Source of the DNA: Ginglymostoma cirratum
Taxonomy: Eukaryota
Reading direction: 5' to 3'
NCBI GenBank assembly: GCA_024137785.1
Contig: JAHRHZ010000019.1
Coordinates: 962,155 to 1,026,154, forward strand
Length of the DNA: 64,000 nucleotides
Positions 25,101 to 37,100 of the stretch are shown here, in pieces; position 1 is the first letter of the stretch; every line of letters begins with the position of its first letter. The notes beneath the pieces are model-generated. The model did not search any database, was not told where the DNA came from, and saw only the letters and a list, made by a program, of their open reading frames with translations. Both the position numbers and the translations under genes were made by a program.

Positions 25101-28100
25101 GCAATAGAGACAATTTTATTTAAAAGGCCAATTCTAACGGATGTGTAGGAGCAGACAGACCAAGGTTTATACTCTTTAGTTCAAAAAAAATCATTAAATT
25201 CATATGGTAACATAAGAACAACGCTTTAAAGTTCTGTAGCAAAAAGAAAACACTGAAGAGAAACCCATTTTAGGATGACATAAAAATATATGGCCTGTGA
25301 GAAACTGGAATATGGAACTGTTTGGCCATTTCTTGATTGAAGAGGTTTTGCCACATGATCAAAAATCTGTTACAGTTTACAAAATTCAAAATAACTTCCA
25401 ATCAATCAATGATGCCAAGAAAATGTAAGAAATGGCTTTTATTGCTAAGTTGCTGGACTGATTGATTTTGATTGCAGCCTAGCAACAGTTTCTGGGCTTG
25501 AGTTGCTGTGTGCTTTCACAGACCAAAAGGAGAGCAGCTGAATTAAAATGTCAAGCTGACCAAAACCAGTGAGGAAAGATCCCTCTCTTCTGGTAAAAAA
25601 GAGAAGGAAACTTCAGGCAGGACCAGCTATACGATTTCCCCCTCTCAGTAAGTAAAAGACAAGGAAAAAGCAGATAAGATCTCCTCATGATGGATTTGTA
25701 AAGATAACATTTCCAATATCAGAGTTTCAAGTTATTTCCCATCGGAATCTGAAATATAGTCAGGAGATCTCCCATCATTGTATAACTTTCTGGAATCAGC
25801 CTCATTGACAAGAAATTGAAGGAACTCTGAGAAGTCAACACATTCTACTTTTTGATGTGAGTTGCTTGCAGCATTGGGAAAGCCTTTTGTTAAGGCCTTT
25901 TTTTTAAAGAAACAACCTGAACTATTTCTGCAGAGCAGTGTTTCCTTGTCTGTGAATGAAGATATGTTTGAGATTAATGGGATATATTTTAATTGTAAAC
26001 AGAAATACACTTGCTAATCACGTTGTCTGCTTGTTTCAAGAATTTGTCTTGTTGATAATAAATAAGTTGGTTTTCAGGTCATTTACCAACCTGCTACATT
26101 TTTTTAAAACTTTGGACTGGAGGACAAAAGAGAGACAAATTGGCTGTATTGTGGACTCAGTGACACATTTAGTGTGGCTTGTGGATAATTGAGGCTTGAT
26201 TACTCATGCACTCCCCCAATAGAGTTTAAACTCTGTGACGTGAGTGTGTGGTTTCCATCTAATTTTAAGATCATTTAGTTTGGAATTTGTATTTTGAACT
26301 TGTGGCATTTGGTTTTGGTCTCTGTGTGTTTTGGTCTCTGTGAGTTTGAGGGGATTTAAAGATTTACGTGTTAATACTTCTGGAGTTATGATTTCTTTAA
26401 AAGAATAATCTGACAGAAAGAGTTCTTGGAGAGATAATGGCAATTTGCATTGTGAAAGATTTTATGAGCAAACAAAGTAAACATTGAAACCGTTAGGGTG
26501 CTTTCAGGTTGATGGAATTGGATTGTTTCTTTTGTGTTGGATCTTGGGTCAGTTAGTAATGAGGATATCCCCAGTCCCAAGGGATATCTAGTCTCAGTGA
26601 ATACTCAGGGGCACTATGTACGTGGCAGTTAGAGGATTGTGAGGAGACAGGCTCAGAGAAAGGTGAGCATTTCAAGGAAGGCAGTGAACAGTATGGGAAG
26701 GGAATGAAGGAGCTTCGCAGAAGATGCAGCATTATCTGAGCAATGAATGGGTCACCAGATGGGGCTGGGATCAGGGAGAAGGGAATGGGAGACATGAGGA
26801 TCTCAGAGCCGCTGGTGGGGACAGAGAATGGGGAGAACTTGAGCCTGGGAGTTGTAATCAGGAGCTGCCCATTGTTCAGGCAACATCACTCTAGACACTG
26901 ACGCTGCTGTTCCTCTTTAAATATTTACACTAACAGTTATTAAAGTTATTTAATTACTCAATTAAGTTTTGTTTGATCTGCTGCAACTCCACTGGTTCAA
27001 TCTGAAACCATTTCTCTACTTAATCCACAGCTTGTTCCATCTGAAATGTCCATTTGAACAACTGGCAGCTCATTGTAACCTAGAAGAATTGATTCTGAAA
27101 TTCTTGATGTTTTTCCCTTAAAGGTACATCTGGTCTGGTCCTTCTCCAGTCTCCAATCCTTAAACGTGTCATTGAGGGTCACACTGCCCAGTTGCAGTGC
27201 ACTATGAGGAATGCCACAGTGACACACACCGATGTTCACTGGTACAGACAAGAACCAGGCAGTCATATGAAACTGCTTTTAACACATGGAAGAAATGGTT
27301 ACATACAATGGATCTCAGGTTTTATTGATCGAATCCAGCCTTCCAGAGACTCCTCTAGTAACAGCTTCATTCTGACCATCACAAACGTGCAGTCCAGTGA
27401 CACTGGGGTTTATTACTGCTCAGCCTGGGGAAATGTCCCTGGTGGAGGAAGCTACCTCATTGTAAACAGTAAGTACAGTTTACATGATAATCACCTCCAG
27501 TCTGTGAATGAATTGGAGATCAGTTTGTTATCAAGAAATTTAAGGAGGTGATAGAGAGATGGAGAGTGATATCAGAGATGGAATCACTGTGAGGAGGAAG
27601 CTCAGTTCAGGTTCAGTAATTCCGCAAATTTGCCTCTCTCTGCATTTAACCTCAGGCATCATCTATGGGTGTTAGTGCCATGTGGCTGTTTGCTGAGCTG
27701 AAGAGAGAGTGGAAACAGCCTTGGGATGATTGGTGGAGGTGGAGGGACAGTGCAGTAATGGGGCAGATGGAAATGTTGAGCAGGTTTCTGAGGGTGAAAT
27801 GACAATGGCGAGGTGTTCGGGAATGTTGCCCTGGGGACACAACAGAGATGATCAGAGTCTAGAGGATATACCACTGGTGCTGAGAGGAAACTGAGTAGGG
27901 GATCAGTCAGAGGGGTACCCTGAGAGAGCAGTGCCTGAATCTGCAATGTGAGGAGTGTTTCAGTCTCATTAGAGTTGGTGGGGGGTGGGTGGGTGCAGCA
28001 TCCTCCTCTCTAGAACATTGAACATCAAACATAGAACATGGAATAGTAAAGCAAAGGAGCAGCACAGAGGTTATAATCACTACAATGTTAATCCAGAGAC

Positions 28101-31100
28101 TTGGGTTTGAAAATCACCATGGCAGATGGTAGAATTTGAATTCAACAAAAACAGTCTGGAATTAAGATTCTAATAATGATCGTGAATCATTATTGATTAT
28201 CAGAAAAACTCATCTCATTTTCTGTGTCCTTTAGGGATGGAAACTGCCACCTTTACCTGGTCTAGCCTACATGTGACTCCAGAGCCTCTCTAATATGGTT
28301 GTGTCTTAACTGCTCTCTGGGCATTAAATGCTGGCTGAACCAGGAAAGCCCTCATACATGAATGAATTATAAAAGGGCCTTCAGCCCACCATATCTATGC
28401 CAATCATGACGCCATTCTAAACTCATCCCATCGGTCTGCACATTGTCCATATCCCTTTATTCTCAGCCTGTTCATGTCTCTGTCTAAATGCTTCTTAAGC
28501 ATTGCTATCTTATCTCTTCTACCACCTACCTTCGCAGCACTTTCCTCTGTGTAGAACATTTGCCTTGCTTATCTCCTTTAAGCATTTCCCATCTCACCTT
28601 AAACCTATGCCCCCAGTATATGATATTTCCACAATGTAAATAAAGACTCTGACTATCCATGCCACTCATACTTTTATAAACTTCTATCAGATCATCCCTC
28701 AGTCTCCAGTGCTCTAGCAGAAAAAATGTGAGTTTGTCCGTCCTCTCCTTACAGACTAATACACCTCAATTCAGCCAACATCCTGGTAAACGTCTTTTGC
28801 ACCCTCTCCAAAGACTCCATATCCTTCCTATAGTGTGACAACCAGAACTGCACACTGTATTCCAAATATAGTCAAACAAAGCTTTTATACAGCTGCAACG
28901 CAACTTGCCAACTTTCAATGCCCCGATCAATGAAGGCAAGCATGCCGTATTCCTTCTTTACCATGTTATCCACTTATATTGCCACTTTCAGCGAGCTATG
29001 GACTTGCATCCTAAGGTTCCTCTGTATATCAATGCCCTAAGGGTCCTGCCATTTACTGTGTACTTTTCTCTTACATTTGACCTCTCAAACTGCATCACCT
29101 CACACTTGTCCAGATTAAATTCCACATTCTATTTCTCTGCCCAACATTCCAAAGGACCTATATCCTGCTGCATCCCGTGACAAATTTCCTCATGATCCAC
29201 AACTCCACCAATTTTCATGTAGTCTGCAGCTTAATAATCATTCCACCTGCATTTTCATCCAAATTATTTCTGTGTATGACAAACATTAGAGGTCCCAGTA
29301 CTTATCCTTGTGGAACACCACTGGTCACAGACCTCCAGATAGGAAAACACCCATCTGTCTTCTATGACCAAGCCAATTTTGTATTCAACTTACCATGGAT
29401 CCCATGTGACTTAATCAGCTCACCATAAAGGACATTGTCAAATGTTTCAGTAACATCTATGTAGACAACATCCACTGCCCTATCCTCATCAACATCCACT
29501 ACTCCCGCCCTGTGGAGACTCTTTGTGTCATTCTCACTTCTTACCTTCCCATTTATTTTTGTGCCATCCACAAACTTGGCTGCCATAGGCTCACTAACCT
29601 TATCAAGTCATTGATATATATTGTCAATAATTGTGGCCCTAGCTCTGAGCCCTGTGGCACTTCACAAATTATAGGTTGCTACCCTAAAAATGCCACTTTT
29701 ATCCCAACCCTTTGTCATCGTTTAGTTAGCCAATTGTCTATCCATACCACCTGCAACACAAAGGACTCCCAACTTATTAAGTAGCCTACCTTATCAAAAG
29801 CATTTTGAAAATCCAAATACTTTACATTGACTGGATTCCCTTTATCTATCCTGCTTCTTACCTAGTCAAAGAATCCCAGTCAATTTCTCTGACATTATTT
29901 ACCCTTAATGACATCATTCTGATTCTGCTGGATCATATTTTACATTTCTAAATGCCCTCCTGATACCATCATCATCACCACCACCGTCATCATCATCATC
30001 ATCACCATCACCGTCACCATCATCATCTTCACTATCTCCATTATTATTATCGTTGCTATTACCGGGAGAGAGCTGCCTTCTTTACTCCTGCACTCCATGT
30101 GCTGTGGGTTTACTCACAATGCCATGAGGGAGGAAATTCTAGGATTTTGACTGAGTGACAGAGAAAGAATGGCGATATATTTCCAAGTCAGGATGGGGAG
30201 TGGCTTGGGGGGTGGAACTTGTAGGGGATAGTGCTCCTGTGTAACTGCTGCCCTTGTCCTTCTAGAAATTGGCACAACCAAAATGTTGATGAGATTCTGA
30301 AGGGAGTTAAGAAGTATTATTTGGCATCATATTATTTATTTAATTATTTCTATTTCTGTCAATGGATTTTATTTCATCTGAATCAGTCACAGATGTAGCT
30401 CAATAATTTAGTGTAACAATGTGTTCTTTCTATTTAACTGAAAACTCCCACCAACCTGTCTGATCCTTTCAATACAGCAATATGGAGAAGCTGCTCTTGT
30501 GGAAATAAACTACTTATTACTATCTTTTCCTTTAAAGGTATCACTGGCCTGGTCCTTCTACAATCTCCGAGGCTGGAACATGCCACTGAGGGTCACACTG
30601 CCCAGTTACTGTGCACCATGAGGAATGCCGCAGTGACACGTATCGACGTTCATTGGTACTGGCTGTCCCTGAAGCAAATTATGAAGCAGATTTTAACACA
30701 TCCGAGAAGTGGCTCCACACAATGGAGCCCAGGATTCACTGAGCGATTCCAGCCTTCCAGAGACCCTTCCAATAACAGCTTCATTCTGACTATCACAAAC
30801 GTACAGCCCAGTGACACTGGGGTCTATTACTGCTCAGTGCAGGGAAGGATCTATGGGAGTGGAATCCTGCTTAATATCACCAGTAAGTAGAGATGACATG
30901 ACAATCTCCTCCAGCAATAACTGCTAGCCCAATGAATGAATTGGAGATATGTTTGTGATCAAGTCGATTGAGGACGTGATGGACAGCGATTTCGGGGATG
31001 GATTCACTGTGGGGAGGAAGCTGAGCTCAGGTTCAGCAATTGTTTCAATTGTTTTGTGAGATGTGTGTGTCACTGGCTGGGCCAGCATTTATTGCCCACC

Positions 31101-34100
31101 CTTGTTGCCCTTGAGAAGGTGGCGGTGAACAGCCTTCTTGAACCACTGCAGTGACCCATTGGTTTCCATTCCTGGTTTTAGGTTTGGCTCCTACATAGAC
31201 CCTGTTAAATGGTTCTTCAAAAGCTGTGATCTGAATCAAAGATGAAGTTTTAATTGAGGGTTGGGGATCCCCTAAGTCCTGATGTGGACCAGCTTGTCTG
31301 GTAAAATTTAACATCTTTACATAATCCCGACCAAGAAAAATGTTTCAATATTTTAGATTGTGTGTTGCTTATCTGTAAATGTTTGCCATTGGAATTTCAT
31401 GAGCTATTTTGTAATATTTCATTCTGAGCCTCAGATTGAGCAATTTACAGGGCGGCATGGTGGCACTGTGGTTAGCACTGCTGCCACACAGCACCTCGAA
31501 CCAGGTTTTGATTCCACCGTCAGGCAAGTGCTTGTGTGGAGTTTGCACATACTCCCCGTGTTTGTGAGGGTTTCCTCCGGTTTCCTCCCACAGTCCAAAG
31601 ATGTGCGGGTTAGGTGGATTGGCCATGCTAAATTGCCCGTAGTGTTCAAGGGTGTGTAGATTAGGTGGGTTTACAGGGATGGGATGCTCTGAGAGTCAGT
31701 GTGGATTTGTTGGGCCAAAATGCCTGTTTCCACACTGTAGGGATTCTATGCTTCTATGGCCTGATGGACCTCTGTCCATTCCTCATCTCCTGGTATTTGG
31801 GGCAGGCTTTATTTCATCATTAATACTTTGTCTTTCAAGTAATAATACTCTGGGATTGCTTATGATTCCATTTCTGAGGAGGCTGTTTTATAAAACTCTT
31901 CCAATTCAGGATCCAGTTTCTCGTATTTATGTTAAAGAAGATATTGTGAACATATCAGCCTAATTCTCTTTGTCTTCATTCTTTTCAGCTGCATTTTTGA
32001 AAATTGATTCTGGTAACAGAAATTCCAAACCAGTTAGATTGACTCCTTTTCCCATGGGTATAGGTCTATGAACCCGGCTTGCCTCCTTGATTTGCACATG
32101 AAGGAAATAGCTTTTCTTTTGAGACTGAATTCTCAGAACCTCAAGTGGTCTGAATTTATTAAAAGATTTTTTTTCAATGATTTTATATAGCTTTATTTCT
32201 AAGAATAGAGTTTAAGGAAGGATGTGCTGATGGTGGAGAGGGTCCAGAGAAGGCAGATGGTATGTTGGCCTTCATTGCGAGAGATTTCAAGTACAGGAGC
32301 AAGGATATGTTGTTGAACAATTGTACACACCTGGAATATTGTATGCAGTTTTAGTCTCCTTTTCTGAAGAAAAATGCTCTTGCTCTTGAGGGAGTGCAGC
32401 GAAGGTTTACCAGGCTGATTCCGGGGATGGTGGGTCTGATGTATGAGGAGAGATTGACTAGGTTGGGATTGTTTTCGCTGGAGCGCAGACGAATGAGGGG
32501 GGATCTCAAAGAGACTTATAAAATTCTAACAGGACTGGACAGGGTAGACGCAGGGAAGATGTTCCCAATGATGGGCGTGTCCAGAACCAGGGGTTATAGT
32601 ATGAGGATTCAGGATAGATCATTTAGAACAGAGATGAGGATACATTTCTTCACCCAAAGAGTGGGGAGCCTGTGGATTTCATTACCACAGGAAGTAGTCG
32701 ATGTCAAAACATTGAATGTATTCCAGAGGCGACTAGATATAGCGTTTGGGGTGATCAGGATCAAAGGTTATGGGGTGAAAGCAGGATTAGGCTATTGAGT
32801 TGGATGATCTGCCATGATTGTGTTGAATGGCAGAACAGGCGCAAAGGGCCAAATGGCCTCCTCCTGCTCCTGTCTTCTATGTTTCTATGTTCACATTGAT
32901 GATCACGGGGACGAAAGGAATGTCACATGAAGAGCAGTTGACGACTCTGATTCTGTGTTCAATGGAGTTTAGAAGGCTGAGGTGTGATCTGATTGAAACT
33001 TACAGAATACTGGGAGGCCTGGATAGAGTTGTCATGGAGAATATATTTCCACATGTAGGAGAGACTGTGGCCTGAGAGCACAGTCTCAGTGTGAAGGGAT
33101 GACCCTTTATATTTGAGATATGGAGGAATTTCTTCAGCCAGAAGATGGTGAATCTGTGGAACTTATAGCCACAGAAATCTGTGGAGGTCAAGTCATTAAG
33201 TGTATTGAAGAGAGAGATAGAAAGGTTCTTGATCAGTAAGTGTAACAACTATTTCAGGGACAAGGCTGGAGAATGGGGTTGAGAAACATATCAGCCCTTA
33301 TTGGATAGCAAAGCAGACTTGATAGGTTGAATGGTCTAATTCTGCTCCTATATCTTGTGGTCTGATGGTCCAAAATCTCTTGTTTATTTTGAGTAATTAA
33401 CCTCTGATTCATATTTACAGTCTGTTCTTTATTTATAACTCGAAACTGAAGTTCTTTAGGAAGTTCAGGCTAGTTTTAATTTATTCATCCTTTTTGCCCT
33501 AAAGGTGAAAATGTCCCAATCCTTCTCCAGTCTCCGAGCCTGGAACGTGCCACCGAGGGTCATACTGCCCAGTTACAGTGCACCATGAGGAATGCCGCAG
33601 TGACACACACAGATGTTCACTGGTACCGGGAGCAACCAGGGAATAACACGGAGTGGGTTTTAACAGATGACGTGAGGAACATCACACAATGGAGCCCAGG
33701 ATTCACTGAGCGATTCCAGTCTTCCAGACACCCTTCCAATAACAGCTTCATACTGACTATCACAAATGTGCAGCCCAGTGACACTGGGCTCTATTACTGT
33801 AAAGTGTGGGGAGACATCAGTGGGAATGGATCCCAGCTGACTGTAATGGGTATGTCCTGTTTACCTGACCACAATCTAACACAGTAATCACTTCTACTTG
33901 GATTTATTAGAGAAGAGGAAGTGTTGAATTCCTCTGGTAAAGGGAGGTCAATATAAGCATAGAACTGTTACCTTCGCTTGTTTTATTCACAGATAGAATA
34001 AACTGTTTCTCCTCTTGGACCAGTTCCTCAATCTCATGCTCTTCCTCGTCTCTCTGTCTTTCTGCTTCTCCATCTCATTTCTTCCCAGTCATTTCAGATG

Positions 34101-37100
34101 ATAGAGGTTGTGGGTTCAAACATTACTGTTGGAGGAACTTTGGGGTGAGTACTTGCAGGGCATCTTGTAGATGGTACACCCAAGAATCAGTGTTAAAGGA
34201 AGGAAATGTTGAAGGTGTTATATGGGGTGCCAGTCAAGTGGCTGCTTTGTCTTGTATGGTGAGAAGCTTCTTGAGTGTTGGAGCTGCACTCATCCAGACA
34301 AGTGGTTCCATCATACTCCTGATTCCTACTTTGTTATTAGATGCTAGGCAGGCTCAAAGTTCCTCACCTCAACCTGCTCTTGCAGCCATAGTTTTTATTA
34401 TGCTGCTGTTATGGACCAGACCAAACCCCTCAAAATATACTAAGAAGATAGCTAGACCCTAACATTTTCTTATTTAAAAGGCAAATGCTAGGCATTGTGT
34501 TCTAGATGCTGCTCGATTGGCCAAACCTCCATGTTTGAAGCAAAACGCACTTCATTCATTCATGACAGTTAAAAGAGAGAAAAGAAAGAAGAAGTTGGGA
34601 TAGCTTAACTCTTTTGGAAAATATAACAAAATAATAAATTATTTAAACTACTAAACAGTAACTATTCCAATACAGTAACATCCCATAAACACAGCCTTGG
34701 TCAAGGCAAATTCATTGAAATAGCTTGTGTCCTCACATGTGCTGCTCCAGTCCACGTGGAAAAGCATCATGAGAAAACTCTGAGAGAAAGAGAGAGACAG
34801 TAGGAGGGAGAGATAAACTGCAGTTTCTAATCCCTGACTTTAAGACCCAGCAGCAACTGCTACTGAAAAACTAAAATTAAAACTTTTGGTCCTGTGGCAG
34901 CTTGACCCCACCCATTCAGGCTGGTTCTATTGTTCCAACTTAAAAAAAATCTCAAGACCTCACAAGCTGTTTAATTTATTGCATTCAAACAAACAGCTCA
35001 GTACCTTTGTCTTAAAATCTCTCCTCAAAAAAAAGACACACTAAACCGCTCAAAGCCATGGTATTGTCAGTCTGCTCAAGTTAATTGATGAAGGAGAAAA
35101 CAGAGTTAACTTTTCAGGTCCAGTGACCCTTCCTTAGAACTGATAGTGGATCAGGAAACATCAGTTTATATGCAGAAAATAGGGAAGTGGGTGGGATAGG
35201 GAATAAATGATAGGAAAGAGCCCAAAGAGAGAGAAAGACAGTTGGGCAGACAAAGGAGTTGATAACGATCAGGCTGGGAGAGTGAATAGTTGTTAGTGGG
35301 GACTGTTAGTGACTAACAACAGGAGGTGTGTAATGGCAGGCTATGTGTGTGGGGTGGGGGGCTGAGACATTGGAGAGTTTAGGCCCTAACATTATTGAAC
35401 TCAATATTGAGCCCGGAGGGCTGTAGGGTCCCCAAGCTGATAATGAGGTGTTGTTCCTCCAGCTTGCGGTGGGCTTCACTGGAACACTGCAGCAAGCCAG
35501 AAACAGAGATGTTGGCAAGGGAGCAGGGTGGTGCATTGAAGTGGCAGGTGACAGGTAGTTCAGGGTTTTTTTTGCGAGCAGAACATAGCCTGCCATTACA
35601 CACCACCTGTTGTTAGTCACTAATAATCCCCATTAACAACTATTCTCCTTCACCGATGCTGCCAGACCTGCTGAGCTTTACCAGCAACTTTGCTTTTGTT
35701 CCTTATTTACAGCATCAGCAGTTCTTTCGGTTTTTATTTTGCTCGAGTTAATTGACTAGTCAAGAGTGACTGTCAGAGAAATTTTTCTTTATTTTGGATG
35801 GGATGTGGGCATCTCTGGCAAGGCCATAATTTGGTCCCCATCGCTAACTGCCTTCAAACTGTGTCTCTTACCTGGTCATTTCAGCAGGAAATAAGAACAA
35901 ACCACATTGCACTAGATCTAGAGTCACATACCGGCCAGACCAGATAAGGATGGCAGATTTCCTTCCCTGAAGGATTTAGTGAATCCAATGATTTTGACAA
36001 AAATTGATGGGAGCAATGGGAATTCAGGTGACATGTTCCAGCACTCAGTTAGCCTGGAATTGTTATGCATTATTATGTATTAACTCTCTGTAACTAAATA
36101 CAACAAACAGGCAAATGGATGGTGCCTTGTTTGGGAGGAGCTGTTGCCCATGAGAAGTCTGGGTGGTATAAGGTGTGATTCTGGAATTATCTAATGCTGT
36201 ATTCTTGTAATGAAGGGTTCTATGCCAAGGCTGTACACAGTAATGTTTTCTCAATATTACTCCATCATCCTGTATTTATCATTAATAATAGAGATTTGAG
36301 AGTTTAACAGAATGGCATCCAGGGAACATATCTGGAGTAAACAAAAACAAATTTGCTGGAAAAGTTCAGCAGGTCTGGCAGCATCTGTCAAGGGAAAAAC
36401 AGAGTTAACGTTTCGGGCCCGGTGACCCTTCCTCAGAACTGATGGTGGCTGGGAAAATGTCAGTTTAAATGCCTGAGTTTTTCCAGCAGTTTTGTTTTGG
36501 TTCCTGATTTACAGCACCCACAGTTCTTTCGGTCTTTATATCTGGAGTAAATATTTCAGGCTTGAGGATGTCGGATTTGAGTTGAGGAGCTGAAGTGTGA
36601 GCTGCAGACGTTGTGTCACATCAGGGAAGGGGAAAGTTCCCTGGAAACCTTTCTCCAAAGGGTGCTCACACCCCTTGGATTAGGGAATTGGGGATTAGTC
36701 ATGGGTCAGGGACAAGAAGCTATGATTGCAGGCGGGGCTGGTATGGGTCATAATCTACAAATCATCATTTAAACTGGAGGAGATTTTAGAAAATGTTACA
36801 GCTCAATTTACATTATTTCTTCTCTTCGATATGAACAGATCCATTGGCTGATCCAGTCCTCATTCAGTATCCAATGGTCAGCAAGGTACCAGAGGGTGAA
36901 ACTGTCGAGTTCCAGTGTGCCATGTACAATGCCAGTGTGAATGACACAGATGTACACTGGCACTACCAGAGACCTGGCAGCAACATGGAGTGGGCGATAA
37001 GCCAGTTTGTGAATGGCACCCTCACCAAGGCCCAGGGTTTCCACGATCGTGTTCACATTTCCAGGAATGCCAGCAGGAACAGTTACATTCTGAGCCTTGT

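Noticed and set aside
25290-26120. LTR-like segments here and at about 50700-51302
   Set aside because: Composition is suggestive, but I could not define termini, TSD or a partner LTR
21675-31011. CACTGTG heptamers about 120 bp after V1, V2 and V3 (21675, 27585, 31005; CACAGTG at 6556) as RSS
   Set aside because: No GGTTTTTGT-like nonamer at 12 or 23 bp, not adjacent to coding ends, and mutated in the gene C copy; explained by paralogous intron
31450-31525. tRNA gene
   Set aside because: Degenerate tRNA-derived SINE head followed by the V-SINE core
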